DNA of 64,000 bases from an uncultured Chloroflexia bacterium (GTDB lineage Bacteria; Chloroflexota; Limnocylindria; Limnocylindrales; CSP1-4): the NCBI GenBank assembly GCA_963762445.1, contig CAVXLA010000004.1, forward strand, positions 176,893-240,892, given 5' to 3'. Under the pieces are notes generated by a model, which worked only from the letters and a program-made list of their open reading frames with translations, was not told the origin of the DNA and did not search any database. Positions 52,584 through 61,737 of this stretch are shown here, one piece after another (the first letter of the stretch is position 1; every line of letters begins with the position of its first letter). The position numbers and the translations under genes are program-made.

Positions 52584-52643
52584 GGCCTCCTGCGGGAACG
52601 CGCGGGCACAGGAGACGCCCGACGGTGCACTCCTATCCGCCTG

Positions 52644-52669
52644 TACGCCGGTTCGTCACGGAAGGTTCA
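52644..52669 (-). promoter_or_regulatory. ECF-type promoter-like motif upstream of the sigma gene
   Basis: Minus strand TGAAC (52669-52665), N17, CGTA (52647-52644). The -35-like element overlaps the gcvPB stop codon. Confidence 0.35.
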
Positions 52670-54151
52670 CTCGGCGGGCGATGTTCGCCAGCGAAGGTTG
52701 GGCTGACGGGCGGCCGTCGCCTCGTCGAGGCGGCGGACCGGCGCGGTGTGCGGGGCGCTCTTCACGAGCTCGGGATCGTCCCGGGCCTCGCGGGCGATCT
52801 CGAGCATCGCCGCGACGAAGGCGTCGAGCGTCTCGAGGCTCTCCGTCTCCGTCGGCTCGATCAGCATCCCCTCCTCCACCGTCAGCGGGAAGTAGATCGT
52901 GGGGGGATGGAACCCCTTGTCGATGAGGCGCTTCGCGACGTCGAGGGTCCGCACCCCGGTGGCAGCCTTGAGGTCGGCCGACGACGCCACGAACTCGTGC
53001 ATGCAGGGCCGCTCGAAGGGGACGACGTACGCTCCGGCCAGGCGGTGCTTCAGGTAGTTGGCGGCGAGGACGGCGTCCTCGCTGACCTCCCGCAGGCCGT
53101 CGGCGCCGTGGGCCCGGATGTACGCGTAGGCGCGCACGAGGATCCCCACGTTGCCGGCAAATGAGCGCATCCGGCCGATGCTCGAGGGGCGCTCGCCGGG
53201 CCGCTCCAGGCGGAAGGCGCCGCCCGGCTCGCGGAGCACGAGCGGCTCCGGCAGGAAGGGGGCGAGGTGGGAGCGAACGCCCACCGGCCCGGCGCCGGGG
53301 CCGCCGCCGCCGTGCGGCGTCGAGAAGGTCTTGTGGACGTTGTAGTGCATGACGTCGAAGCCGGCGGCGCCCGGCCGGAAGTAGCCAAGCATCGCGTTGA
53401 GGTTGGCCCCGTCCATGTAGGCGAGGGCGCCCACGGCGTGGACCAGCTCGAGGAGCTCCACCACCCGGTTCTCGAAGAGCCCGAGGGTGGAGGGGTTCGT
53501 GATCATGACGGCGGCCGTCGCCGGGCCCAGGGCGGCCCGGAAGGTGTCGAGGTCGACGCCGCCATCGGGGGCGGACGGGATGTTCACCGTCCGGAAGCCG
53601 GCCATCGAGGCCGTGGCCGGGTTGGTGCCGTGGGCCGAGTCCGGGACGAGCACGTCGGTCCGGGCGAGGTCTCCCCTGGCCCGGTGGTAGGCCCGGACCA
53701 TGAGGATGCCCGTGAGCTCGCCCTGGGCGCCGGCCGCCGGCTGGAGCGTCACCGCGTCCATCCCGCTGATCTCGGCCAGCTCCTGCTCGAGGGACCAGAG
53801 CAGCTCGAGGGTCCCCTGGGCCGTCTCGTCGGGCGCGAGCGGATGCAGGGCGGCGAAGCCCGGCAGGCGGGCCGCCCACTCGTTCACCTTCGGGTTGTAC
53901 TTCATCGTGCACGAGCCCAGGGGGTAGAAGCCCGTGTCGACCGACCAGTTGAGGTGCGAGAGGTTGACGTAGTGGCGGACGAGCGTTGCCTCGTTGAGCT
54001 CGGGGAGCGCGGGTGGGGCGGCCCGCCGGGCGGCGGCGGGGAGGCGGTCGAGGGCGTCGGCCGGGGCCGCCGGGAGCCGCGTGCCGGCCCCCCGCCCGGG
54101 GCGCGACAGCTCGAAGAGGGTGGGCTGGAGCGGGTTGCCGGTGACGCTCAT
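52667..54151 (-). CDS. gcvPB: Glycine dehydrogenase (decarboxylating) subunit 2
   Basis: 494 aa, [20 protein letters not shown]..., PLP-dependent P-protein C-terminal half. ATG overlaps the gcvPA stop (ATGA). Confidence 0.95.
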   Translation of the reverse strand: MSVTGNPLQPTLFELSRPGRGAGTRLPAAPADALDRLPAAARRAAPPALPELNEATLVRHYVNLSHLNWSVDTGFYPLGSCTMKYNPKVNEWAARLPGFAALHPLAPDETAQGTLELLWSLEQELAEISGMDAVTLQPAAGAQGELTGILMVRAYHRARGDLARTDVLVPDSAHGTNPATASMAGFRTVNIPSAPDGGVDLDTFRAALGPATAAVMITNPSTLGLFENRVVELLELVHAVGALAYMDGANLNAMLGYFRPGAAGFDVMHYNVHKTFSTPHGGGGPGAGPVGVRSHLAPFLPEPLVLREPGGAFRLERPGERPSSIGRMRSFAGNVGILVRAYAYIRAHGADGLREVSEDAVLAANYLKHRLAGAYVVPFERPCMHEFVASSADLKAATGVRTLDVAKRLIDKGFHPPTIYFPLTVEEGMLIEPTETESLETLDAFVAAMLEIAREARDDPELVKSAPHTAPVRRLDEATAARQPNLRWRTSPAE

Positions 54152-55530
54152 CGGACGGCCTCCAACGCCGCGCCGAGCTCCGCGGCCAGGGTGGCGGCGA
54201 GCTGCTCGATCTCGGCGGCGGTGGTGACCTCGGTCGCGCAGACGAGGAGGCCCCCGGCGAGCGTCGGGTCGCCTGGCTCGAGCTCGGCGAGCGGGATGCC
54301 CGCCAGGATCCCGGCCGCCAGCAGGCGGCGGTGGACGGCCACGGCATCCGGGACGCGCACCGCGAACTCGTTGAGGTACGGGCCGGGGTGGAGCCGCGGC
54401 GCGCCCGCCGACGCGAGCGCCGCCTCCAGCTCCGCCGCGCGGGCGGCGCCAGTCGCCGCGACGTCGCGGAGGCCGCCGGGCCCGAGGGCCGCGACGTAGA
54501 TCGAGGCGGCGAGGGCGCAGAGGGCCTGGTTCGTGCAGATGTTGCTCGCGGCGCGCTCGCGCCGGATGTCCTGCTCGCGGGCCCGCAGCGTCATGACGTA
54601 GGCGCGCTTGCGCTCGAGGTCGGCAGTCATGCCGATGAGGCGCCCGGGGATCTGGCGGATGAGGGCCTCGCGGCAGGCCACGATCCCGAGGTACGGGCCC
54701 CCGTACTGGGGGGCCATCCCAAGGGGCTGGCCCTCGCCGGCCGCGATGTCGGCGCCGTACGCCGCCGGCGGGGCGAGAACGGCGAGGCTGACCGGCTCGA
54801 CGACAGCGACGAAGAGGGCGCCGGCCGCGTGGGCGAGGCGGCCGATCTCCTCCATCGGCTCGAGGAGGCCCAGGACCGAGGGCTGCCCGGCGACCACGCC
54901 GGCGACCGGGTGGTCGGGGTCGGCCAGCATCCGCTCCAGGGCGCCCAGGTCGGTGGTCCCGGCCGCGGGCCCGGTGGCGAGCAGCGGGATCTCGGCGAAG
55001 GTCAGGTTCGCCCCGGCGAAGTACGTCTCGAACGTCTCGCGGTAGTGCGGATGCACGCTGCGGGAGACCAGGACGTGCTCCCGGCGCGTCGCCCGGCAGG
55101 TCATGAGGGCGGCTTCGGCCGTGGCCGCGGCGCCGTCGTAGTGCGACGCCGACACGACGTCCATCCCCGTCAGCTCGGCGAGGATGGACTGGTACTCGTA
55201 GATCGTCTGCAGCGTCCCCTGGCTGATCTCCGGCTGGTACGGCGTGTAGGCGGTGTAGAACTCGCCGCGCAGGAGCAGCTGGTCGACGACCGGCGGCAGG
55301 TGGTGGCGGTAGACGCCGGCGCCGAGGAAGCTCACCAGGTCCGTCCGGTTGCGCCCGGCGAGCCCGGCCATGTGCCCCATGAGCTCCAGCTCCGTGAGGG
55401 CCGGGGCCAGGTTCAGCCCGGTCGCCCGGACGGCCGGTGGGATCGGCTCGAAGAGGGCGTCGACGGAGGCGATCCCGATGGCCTCGAGCATCCGCTCCCG
55501 TTCGCCCGCGGTGTGCGGTCCGTACGCCAC
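54148..55530 (-). CDS. gcvPA: Glycine dehydrogenase (decarboxylating) subunit 1
   Basis: 460 aa, GTG start 1 nt after the gcvH stop. ...[41 protein letters not shown].... Confidence 0.95.
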   Translation of the reverse strand: MAYGPHTAGERERMLEAIGIASVDALFEPIPPAVRATGLNLAPALTELELMGHMAGLAGRNRTDLVSFLGAGVYRHHLPPVVDQLLLRGEFYTAYTPYQPEISQGTLQTIYEYQSILAELTGMDVVSASHYDGAAATAEAALMTCRATRREHVLVSRSVHPHYRETFETYFAGANLTFAEIPLLATGPAAGTTDLGALERMLADPDHPVAGVVAGQPSVLGLLEPMEEIGRLAHAAGALFVAVVEPVSLAVLAPPAAYGADIAAGEGQPLGMAPQYGGPYLGIVACREALIRQIPGRLIGMTADLERKRAYVMTLRAREQDIRRERAASNICTNQALCALAASIYVAALGPGGLRDVAATGAARAAELEAALASAGAPRLHPGPYLNEFAVRVPDAVAVHRRLLAAGILAGIPLAELEPGDPTLAGGLLVCATEVTTAAEIEQLAATLAAELGAALEAVR

Positions 55531-55531
55531 G

Positions 55532-55912
55532 TCAGGCCTCCGCGACCAGCGCCTCGTAGGCGGCCGGATCGAGGAGCGCGTTCACCTGTGCCGCATCCGC
55601 GACCCGGATCCGGAGCATCCAGCCCGCCCCGTACGGGTCGCTGTTCACGACCTCGGGCGCGGCCGCGAGAGCGCCGTTCGCCTCGACCACCTCACCGCCG
55701 ACCGGCGCGAAGAGGTCGCTCACTGCCTTGACCGACTCCACGACGCCGAAGGTGGCGAACTGCCCGAGCACCCGCCCGGGGTCGGGGAGCTCCACGAAGA
55801 CGATGTCGCCGAGCTGGTCGGCGGCGTGCTGGGTGATCCCGATGGTCGCCACGTCGCCTTCGACGCGGACCCACTCGTGCTCCTTGGTGTAGCGCAGGTC
55901 GGCCGGGATCAT
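55532..55912 (-). CDS. gcvH: Glycine cleavage system H protein
   Basis: 126 aa, [20 protein letters not shown]..., lipoyl-lysine context [10 protein letters not shown]. Confidence 0.95.
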   Translation of the reverse strand: MIPADLRYTKEHEWVRVEGDVATIGITQHAADQLGDIVFVELPDPGRVLGQFATFGVVESVKAVSDLFAPVGGEVVEANGALAAAPEVVNSDPYGAGWMLRIRVADAAQVNALLDPAAYEALVAEA

Positions 55913-55988
55913 GCGGCGCTCCTCTCGTCGGCTCGGCGCCGGGGCGCCGGCCTACTGCGGGCCGGCGTCCGCCGGCGCGTCCGGTGGT

Positions 55989-57092
55989 TCAGCGGGACCG
56001 GGTGTAGAACGGGAGCGGGACGACCTCGGCGGCCGCCCGCGTCTCGCGGATCTCCACGTCGAGCATCGTACCGGGCGCTGAGTCCGCCGGTGCGACGTAG
56101 GCCATCGCGATCGGGACGCCGAGCGTGGGCGACATCGTTCCCGAGGTGACGGCCCCGCTGGCGCGTTCGCTGGACCAGACCGGGTGGCCGTGACGCGCGA
56201 TCCCCCGCCCGCGCACGACCAGGCCGACGAGCCGCCGCCGCGGCCCGGCTTCGGCGGCCGCCGCCAGGGCGTCGCGGCCGACGAAGCCACCCCCCTTGGC
56301 GAGCTTCACGACCCGCCCGAGGCCCGCCTCGAAGGGCGTCGTGGCCCGGTCGAGCTCGTTGCCGTAGAGCGGCATCCCGGCCTCCAGCCGGAGCGTGTCG
56401 CGCGCGCCCAGGCCGACGGGCACGAGGCCGGCGGCCCGCCCCGCGGCTGCCAGGGCATCCCAGACGGTCCCCCCGGCTGCGGCGTCGACGAAGACCTCGA
56501 AACCGTCCTCCCCGGTGTACCCCGTGCGGGCCACGAGGCCCGGGACGCCGGCCACCGACCCTTCGGCGATGCCGTAGTAGCGGATGGCGTCGATGTCGAT
56601 GTCGGCCAGCGGGGCGAGGATCCCCAGGGCCGCGGGACCCTGGATCGCGACGAGCGCGGTCGCCAGGGAGCGGTCGTCCAGGATCGCCCGGCGGCCCTCG
56701 AGCCGCTCGGCGAGGGCGTCGGAGACGACGGCCGCGTTCGCGGCGTTGGCGACCACCATGAAGCGGTCGTCCCCCAGGCGGTAGACGATGAGGTCATCGA
56801 GGATCCCGCCGTCGGGGGCACAGATCATCGAGTAGTGGGCGCGCCCGACCGCGAGGGTCCGCGGGTCGGTCGTCACGGCGTACGCGAGCGCGTCGCCGGC
56901 CTCCGGCCCCTCGACGAAGAGCTCGCCCATGTGGCACAGGTCGAACAGCCCCGCCCGCTGCCGGACGGCACGGTGCTCCTCGATGATCCCGGAGTACTGG
57001 ACCGGCATCCGCCAGCCGGCGTAGTCGACCAGCCGGGCGCCCAGCGCCTCGTGCCGCCCGACGAGCGGCGTTGCGCGCGGTTCCTCCGCCAT
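55989..57092 (-). CDS. gcvT: Glycine cleavage system aminomethyltransferase T
   Basis: ATG at 57092 with GGGAGG 7 nt upstream. MAEEPRATPLVGRHEALGARLVDYAGWRMPVQYSGIIEEHRAVRQRAGLFD.... 367 aa. Confidence 0.95.
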   Translation of the reverse strand: MAEEPRATPLVGRHEALGARLVDYAGWRMPVQYSGIIEEHRAVRQRAGLFDLCHMGELFVEGPEAGDALAYAVTTDPRTLAVGRAHYSMICAPDGGILDDLIVYRLGDDRFMVVANAANAAVVSDALAERLEGRRAILDDRSLATALVAIQGPAALGILAPLADIDIDAIRYYGIAEGSVAGVPGLVARTGYTGEDGFEVFVDAAAGGTVWDALAAAGRAAGLVPVGLGARDTLRLEAGMPLYGNELDRATTPFEAGLGRVVKLAKGGGFVGRDALAAAAEAGPRRRLVGLVVRGRGIARHGHPVWSSERASGAVTSGTMSPTLGVPIAMAYVAPADSAPGTMLDVEIRETRAAAEVVPLPFYTRSR

Positions 57093-57108
57093 CGCGGGAC
57101 CTCCCTGC

Positions 57109-57564
57109 TCAGGCATGCCCGTCCGAGCGCGGCGCCGCGGCGGCAGCGGCCCGGGCCACGAGCGCCCGCTCGGTCTCGAACGTGAGGAGGGCCGGGGCTT
57201 CCCCGACGGGAACCCAGCGGACCTCGTCGAACTCGTGGTCGTGGCGCTCGAGGTCGCCGCCGACCGGCTCCATGAGCCAGTAGTGGACGGTCTTGTGGAC
57301 CCGGGCGCCACCCTGCACGAACCAGTACTCGATCGCCTCGAGCGGGGCCAGGAGGCGCACCTGCAGCCCGGTCTCCTCAGCGACCTCGCGGAGCGCCGTC
57401 TCCTCCAGCGTCTCGTGGGGGTTCGGGGTTCCCTTCGGGAGCGTCCAGGAGACCCCGTCGCGCACGCGGCGGCGGCGCCCGGCGACCACGTGGGGGACGC
57501 CGTCGATGGACCGGATGACAATCCCGCCGGCGGAGGTGGCCGTCGCGCGCTTCAGCCGCGCCAC
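57109..57564 (-). CDS. NUDIX hydrolase
   Basis: Nudix box GTPNPHETLEETALREVAEETGL. GTG at 57564 chosen because the upstream 43 codons of the 194-aa ORF have weak GC3, and a different frame is clearly coding there. Confidence 0.8.
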   Translation of the reverse strand: MARLKRATATSAGGIVIRSIDGVPHVVAGRRRRVRDGVSWTLPKGTPNPHETLEETALREVAEETGLQVRLLAPLEAIEYWFVQGGARVHKTVHYWLMEPVGGDLERHDHEFDEVRWVPVGEAPALLTFETERALVARAAAAAAPRSDGHA

Positions 57565-57884
57565 GGCGCCGTGGCGGCGCGCGGCCGGCGACCGGTGGCG
57601 CGGGCGCCGAGCGTTGCCCAGCGGACCGGCGCGTGCGGCCCGGCGAGGGCCGTGGTCGGCCGGTGCTCGCGGACGGGCACCACCACCCGCCACTCCGAGC
57701 GCAGGAGCGCCACCGGGCCGAGCTCCGGCCTCCGCAGGAGCGTGGGGCGATCCGCGGCCGCCCGGAAGCGGAGGTGGCGATCGAGGCCCAGGCGGGGCTC
57801 GCGGGCCCGCGGCGGGACGGTCGCGAAGTGGGCGACGGGGCGGGTCGCGATGCTGCGCTGCATGGGCAGATCGTACCGCGTCAC
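57552..57884 (-). CDS. Hypothetical protein (110 aa), hidden in the tail of a long shadow ORF
   Basis: Last 110 codons of ORF 57552..58565. GTG at 57884 overlaps the stop of the upstream gene (GTGA). Near-uniform G/C at third positions. (M)TRYDLPMQRSIATRPVAHFATVPPRAREPRLGLDRHLRFRAAADRPTLLRRPELGPVALLRSEWRVVVPVREH.... I recognise no family. Confidence 0.55.
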   Translation of the reverse strand: MTRYDLPMQRSIATRPVAHFATVPPRAREPRLGLDRHLRFRAAADRPTLLRRPELGPVALLRSEWRVVVPVREHRPTTALAGPHAPVRWATLGARATGRRPRAATAPWRG

Positions 57885-58924
57885 CGGGACTTTGTGAACG
57901 TCGCCCGCAGCCTGGCCGCCGCGTCCGGTGCCAGGCCGCGCCGCGCCACGGCCAGGCTCACCTGCCGTAGGCCGAGGGCGCGGTAGACGTCGAGCGCCTC
58001 CTCCCCCGCCGCGGCCACCGCCGCGAGGTGGGCCTCGATCGTGCCGGCGTCGCCGCGGACCGCCGGACCGGTCAGGGCCGGGCCGGTCCCGAGCGCCCGG
58101 ACATTGGCGAGGGCCTGGGCGGCCAGCGGGCCGTAGACGGCGAGGGCACCCGCCTCGTCGAGGCCGGTCGGTGCGGCGACGGCCGCCACCACGTCGAGCA
58201 GTGCCGTCAGGCCGCCGGCGGCGAGGACGGCGGCCGCGTGATAGGCCGCCTTCGAGCCCGGCGCGAGACGCACCGCCGTCGCGCCCAGCGACGACGCCAT
58301 CTCGGCGAGCAGGTCGAGGAGCGCGTCGTCGCCCTCGATCGCGACCGTGGCCCCGGGCAGCGAGGCCAGCGCCCGCTCGAGGTCGGCGAAGGCGACCAGC
58401 GGATGGAAGGACCCGGCGCTCGTGCCGGCGGCCATGGCCGGCACCAGGACCTCGGGGCCGTGGACGCCGCTCGTGTGGACGATCGCCTGGCCCGAGTAGA
58501 GGTGCAGGGTCCGGGCGATCTCGGCGAGCGCGTCGTCCGGCACGGCCAGGATCGCGAGGTGGCACTCGTCGAGGATGGCGGCCGCCTCGGGGAAGGCCCG
58601 CGACCCGGGCACGAGCGAGCGGAACCGGGCCCGCCGCTCGGGGTCGCGGCTGGCGACCGCGCCGACCTGCCAGCCGGCGCGGTCGAGGGCGACGCCGAGG
58701 GCCGTCCCCACCGCGCCGGCGCCGACGATCCCGATCACCGGGCGGCCGTCGTCGGCCGGCTCGACGTGGGGGTGGGCGTGCGCCTCGAGGTGCACCTCAT
58801 GGCCATGCCGGTGGGCGCCCGGCGGCAGCGGCGCCGCCCCGGCGTCCGCGCGCCGGCGGACCTCCTCCATCGTCACCGGGTCGCCCGGAGGCGGCGTCGC
58901 CGGGTTCCTCCGCCACGATCGCAT
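57881..58924 (-). CDS. Rossmann-fold oxidoreductase, DUF2520-type (NADP-binding)
   Basis: IGIVGAGAVGTALG dinucleotide fold and a DUF2520-like C-terminal half. His-rich N-terminus HRHGHEVHLEAHAHPH. The start is uncertain (ATG 58924 or ATG 58870). GTG 59005 is unlikely because it abuts the acnA start. Confidence 0.72.
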   Translation of the reverse strand: MRSWRRNPATPPPGDPVTMEEVRRRADAGAAPLPPGAHRHGHEVHLEAHAHPHVEPADDGRPVIGIVGAGAVGTALGVALDRAGWQVGAVASRDPERRARFRSLVPGSRAFPEAAAILDECHLAILAVPDDALAEIARTLHLYSGQAIVHTSGVHGPEVLVPAMAAGTSAGSFHPLVAFADLERALASLPGATVAIEGDDALLDLLAEMASSLGATAVRLAPGSKAAYHAAAVLAAGGLTALLDVVAAVAAPTGLDEAGALAVYGPLAAQALANVRALGTGPALTGPAVRGDAGTIEAHLAAVAAAGEEALDVYRALGLRQVSLAVARRGLAPDAAARLRATFTKSR

Positions 58925-59007
58925 CGTCGCTCTCCACGCTACTCTTGGGGCGACAGCGTAGCGCCACCCGCGGCCCGCCCGCCGCCCCGAGCCAGCGAGG
59001 ATCACCC

Positions 59008-61677
59008 GTGCCGACCCGCGACCCGTTCGGCGCCCGAGCCAGCCTCGGTCCCGGCCTCCCCGACTGCTACCGGCTGGCGGCGCTCGACGGCGGGCCGGAC
59101 CTCGGCCGGATGCCCGTGACCGTGAAGATCCTCCTCGAGAACCTCCTCCGCCACGCGGGCGGCGGCATCGTCGGCGAGGCCGACGTGCGCCTCCTCGCCG
59201 GCTGGCGGCCCGCGTCCGGCACCGCGGCCGAGATCCCGTTCCTGCCGGCCCGGGTCATCCTCCAGGACTTCACCGGTGTCCCGGCGGTCGTCGACCTCGC
59301 GGCGATGCGCGACGCGATGGCCGCGCTCGGTGGCGACCCCGCCCGCGTGAACCCGCTCGTGCCGGCCGACCTCGTGATCGACCACTCGGTCCAGGTTGAC
59401 CGCTTCGGGACGGCCGACGCCTTCGCCTTCAACGTCGCCCGCGAGTACGAGCGCAACGGCGAGCGCTACCAGCTCCTGCGCTGGGCGCAGCGCGCCTTCC
59501 GCGGCCTGCGCGTCGTCCCGCCCGGGACGGGCATCGTCCACCAGGTGAACCTGGAGTACCTCGCCACCGTCGTCACCACGGCCGAGGTCGACGGCGGCCC
59601 GGTCGCCTTCCCCGACACCCTGGTCGGGACCGACTCCCACACGACGATGGTCAACGCCCTCGGCGTCCTGGGCTACGGCGTCGGCGGGATCGAGGCCGAG
59701 GCGGTCCTCCTGGGCCAGCCTCTCTACCAGCCCCTGCCGCGCGTCGTCGGCGTCCGCCTCTCCGGCGAGCTGCCGCGGGGCAGCACTGCCACGGACCTGG
59801 TCCTCGTCGTGACCGAGCGGCTGCGGACGCTCGGCGTGGTGGGGTCGTTCGTCGAGTTCGCCGGGGACGGCCTGGCGGGGCTGCCGCTGGCGGACCGGGC
59901 CACCATCAGCAACATGAGCCCCGAGTTCGGGGCCACGGCGACCCTCTTCCCGATCGACGACGAGACGCTCGCCTACCTCCGCCTGACAGGGCGCGCGCCC
60001 GGCCTGGTGGCCCTCGTCGAGCGCTACGCGAAGGAGCAGGGCCTCTGGCGCGCGGCCGGGCCCGGCCCCGACTTCGACGACGTCGTCGAGCTCGACCTCG
60101 GCACCGTGGAGCCCAGCCTCGCTGGCCCTCGCCGACCCCAGGATCGCGTCCCGCTCCCCGCGACCCGGGCCAGCTTCGAGGCTGCCTACCCGGGGATCCT
60201 GCCGGCCGCCGGCTCGCCGGCCGCCGCGGGCGAGGTCCGCAACGGCTCGGTGGTCATCGCCGCCATCACCTCGTGCACGAACACCTCGAACCCGACGGTC
60301 ATGGTCGGGGCCGGCCTGCTGGCCCGGAAGGCGGTCGCCCGAGGCCTGCGGGTCCCCTCGACGGTGAAGACGTCGCTGGCGCCCGGCTCCAAGGCCGTCA
60401 CGGCGTATTTGGAGCGGGCCGGCCTGACCGCTCCCCTGGAGGCGCTCGGCTTCGCCCTGGCCGGCTACGGCTGCACGACCTGCATCGGCAACTCGGGGCC
60501 GCTCGACGAGGCGATCGCCCGCCAGGTCGAGGAGCAGGGCCTCGTGGCGACGGCCGTCCTGTCGGGCAACCGCAACTTCGAGGGCCGGATCCATCCCCTC
60601 GCCCGGGCCAGCTACCTCGCCTCGCCGCCGCTCGTGGTGGCCTTCGCCCTGGCCGGGCGGATCGACATTGACCTCTCGCGCGAGCCGCTGGGGATCGCCG
60701 ACGACGGCCGGCCGGTCTTCCTGGCGGACGTCTGGCCCTCGGCGGAGGAGGTCCGCGAGGTCATCGCGGGGGCGATCGACGGCGAGCTCTTCCGGAGGAC
60801 CTACGCGTCCGTCTTCGAGGGCGACGAGCGCTGGCGGGCGCTGCCGATCCCCGACGGCGACCGCTACGCCTGGGCCGAGGGCTCCACCTACGTCGCCAAC
60901 CCGCCGTTCTTCGCCGGGATGGGGATGGAGCCGACGCCCGTCACCGACATTGCCGGCGCCCGGGTCCTGGCCTGGCTCGGCGACTCGGTGACGACGGACC
61001 ACATCTCGCCGGCCGGCTCGATCCCGGCCTGGTCGCCGGCGGGCGCCTGGCTCCAGTCGCACGGCGTGGCGCCCCTCGACTTCAACTCGTACGGCGCCCG
61101 GCGCGGCCACCACGAGGTGATGATGCGAGGTACCCTCGGGAGCATCCGCCTGCGCAACGCCCTGGCCGGCGGGAGAGAAGGCCCGTACACGAGGATCCAG
61201 CCCTCCGGCGAGGAGGCCTTCCTCTACGACGCCGCGATGGCCTACCAGGCGGCCGGCGTGCCGGCCCTCGTCCTGGCCGGCCGCGAGTACGGCTCCGGCT
61301 CCTCGCGCGACTGGGCCGCCAAGGGGACGCGCCTGCTCGGGGTCCGGGCGGTCATCGCCGAGAGCTACGAGCGGATCCACCGCTCCAACCTGGTGGGGAT
61401 GGGCGTCCTGCCGCTCCAGTTCCTTCCCGGGGAGAGCGCGGCCTCGCTCGGGCTGACCGGCCGCGAGGCGTACGCGATCGGCGGGCTGGCCGACGGCCTG
61501 GCGCCGCGGGCACGGCTGGCCGTCGTGGCGACGGCCGACCCGGCCGACGGAGGCGGCGAGCGGCGCTTCACCGTGGAGTGCCGCCTGGACGGCCCCATCG
61601 AGGTTGACTACTACCGGCAGGGCGGGATTCTCCCCGCGGTCCTGCGCCGGCTGGCCCGGGAGAGCGGCGCGTCCTGA
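59008..61677 (+). CDS. acnA: Aconitate hydratase A
   Basis: GTG at 59008 with GAGG 7 nt upstream. (M)PTRDPFGARASLGPGLPDCYRLAAL..., GTDSHTTM. Fe-S ligand contexts ITSCTNTSNP and GYGCTTCIGNSGP. 889 aa. The preceding 360 codons of the track ORF are shadow. Confidence 0.95.
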   Translation: MPTRDPFGARASLGPGLPDCYRLAALDGGPDLGRMPVTVKILLENLLRHAGGGIVGEADVRLLAGWRPASGTAAEIPFLPARVILQDFTGVPAVVDLAAMRDAMAALGGDPARVNPLVPADLVIDHSVQVDRFGTADAFAFNVAREYERNGERYQLLRWAQRAFRGLRVVPPGTGIVHQVNLEYLATVVTTAEVDGGPVAFPDTLVGTDSHTTMVNALGVLGYGVGGIEAEAVLLGQPLYQPLPRVVGVRLSGELPRGSTATDLVLVVTERLRTLGVVGSFVEFAGDGLAGLPLADRATISNMSPEFGATATLFPIDDETLAYLRLTGRAPGLVALVERYAKEQGLWRAAGPGPDFDDVVELDLGTVEPSLAGPRRPQDRVPLPATRASFEAAYPGILPAAGSPAAAGEVRNGSVVIAAITSCTNTSNPTVMVGAGLLARKAVARGLRVPSTVKTSLAPGSKAVTAYLERAGLTAPLEALGFALAGYGCTTCIGNSGPLDEAIARQVEEQGLVATAVLSGNRNFEGRIHPLARASYLASPPLVVAFALAGRIDIDLSREPLGIADDGRPVFLADVWPSAEEVREVIAGAIDGELFRRTYASVFEGDERWRALPIPDGDRYAWAEGSTYVANPPFFAGMGMEPTPVTDIAGARVLAWLGDSVTTDHISPAGSIPAWSPAGAWLQSHGVAPLDFNSYGARRGHHEVMMRGTLGSIRLRNALAGGREGPYTRIQPSGEEAFLYDAAMAYQAAGVPALVLAGREYGSGSSRDWAAKGTRLLGVRAVIAESYERIHRSNLVGMGVLPLQFLPGESAASLGLTGREAYAIGGLADGLAPRARLAVVATADPADGGGERRFTVECRLDGPIEVDYYRQGGILPAVLRRLARESGAS

Positions 61678-61737
61678 GGTGTGGCCCGGGCGCGACGTCC
61701 CGTCACGACCCGGGCCCGTCTCTCGTCTTGCCGCCCG

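Noticed and set aside
57093-57108. Glycine riboswitch expected upstream of gcvT
   Set aside because: Only 16 nt separate the NUDIX stop and the gcvT start, so there is no space for an aptamer.
57928-59007. 360-codon N-terminal extension of the acnA ORF (Arg/Pro/Gly-rich)
   Set aside because: It is low-complexity and antisense to the well-supported DUF2520 gene. The aconitase homology begins at GTG 59008, which has its own GAGG RBS.
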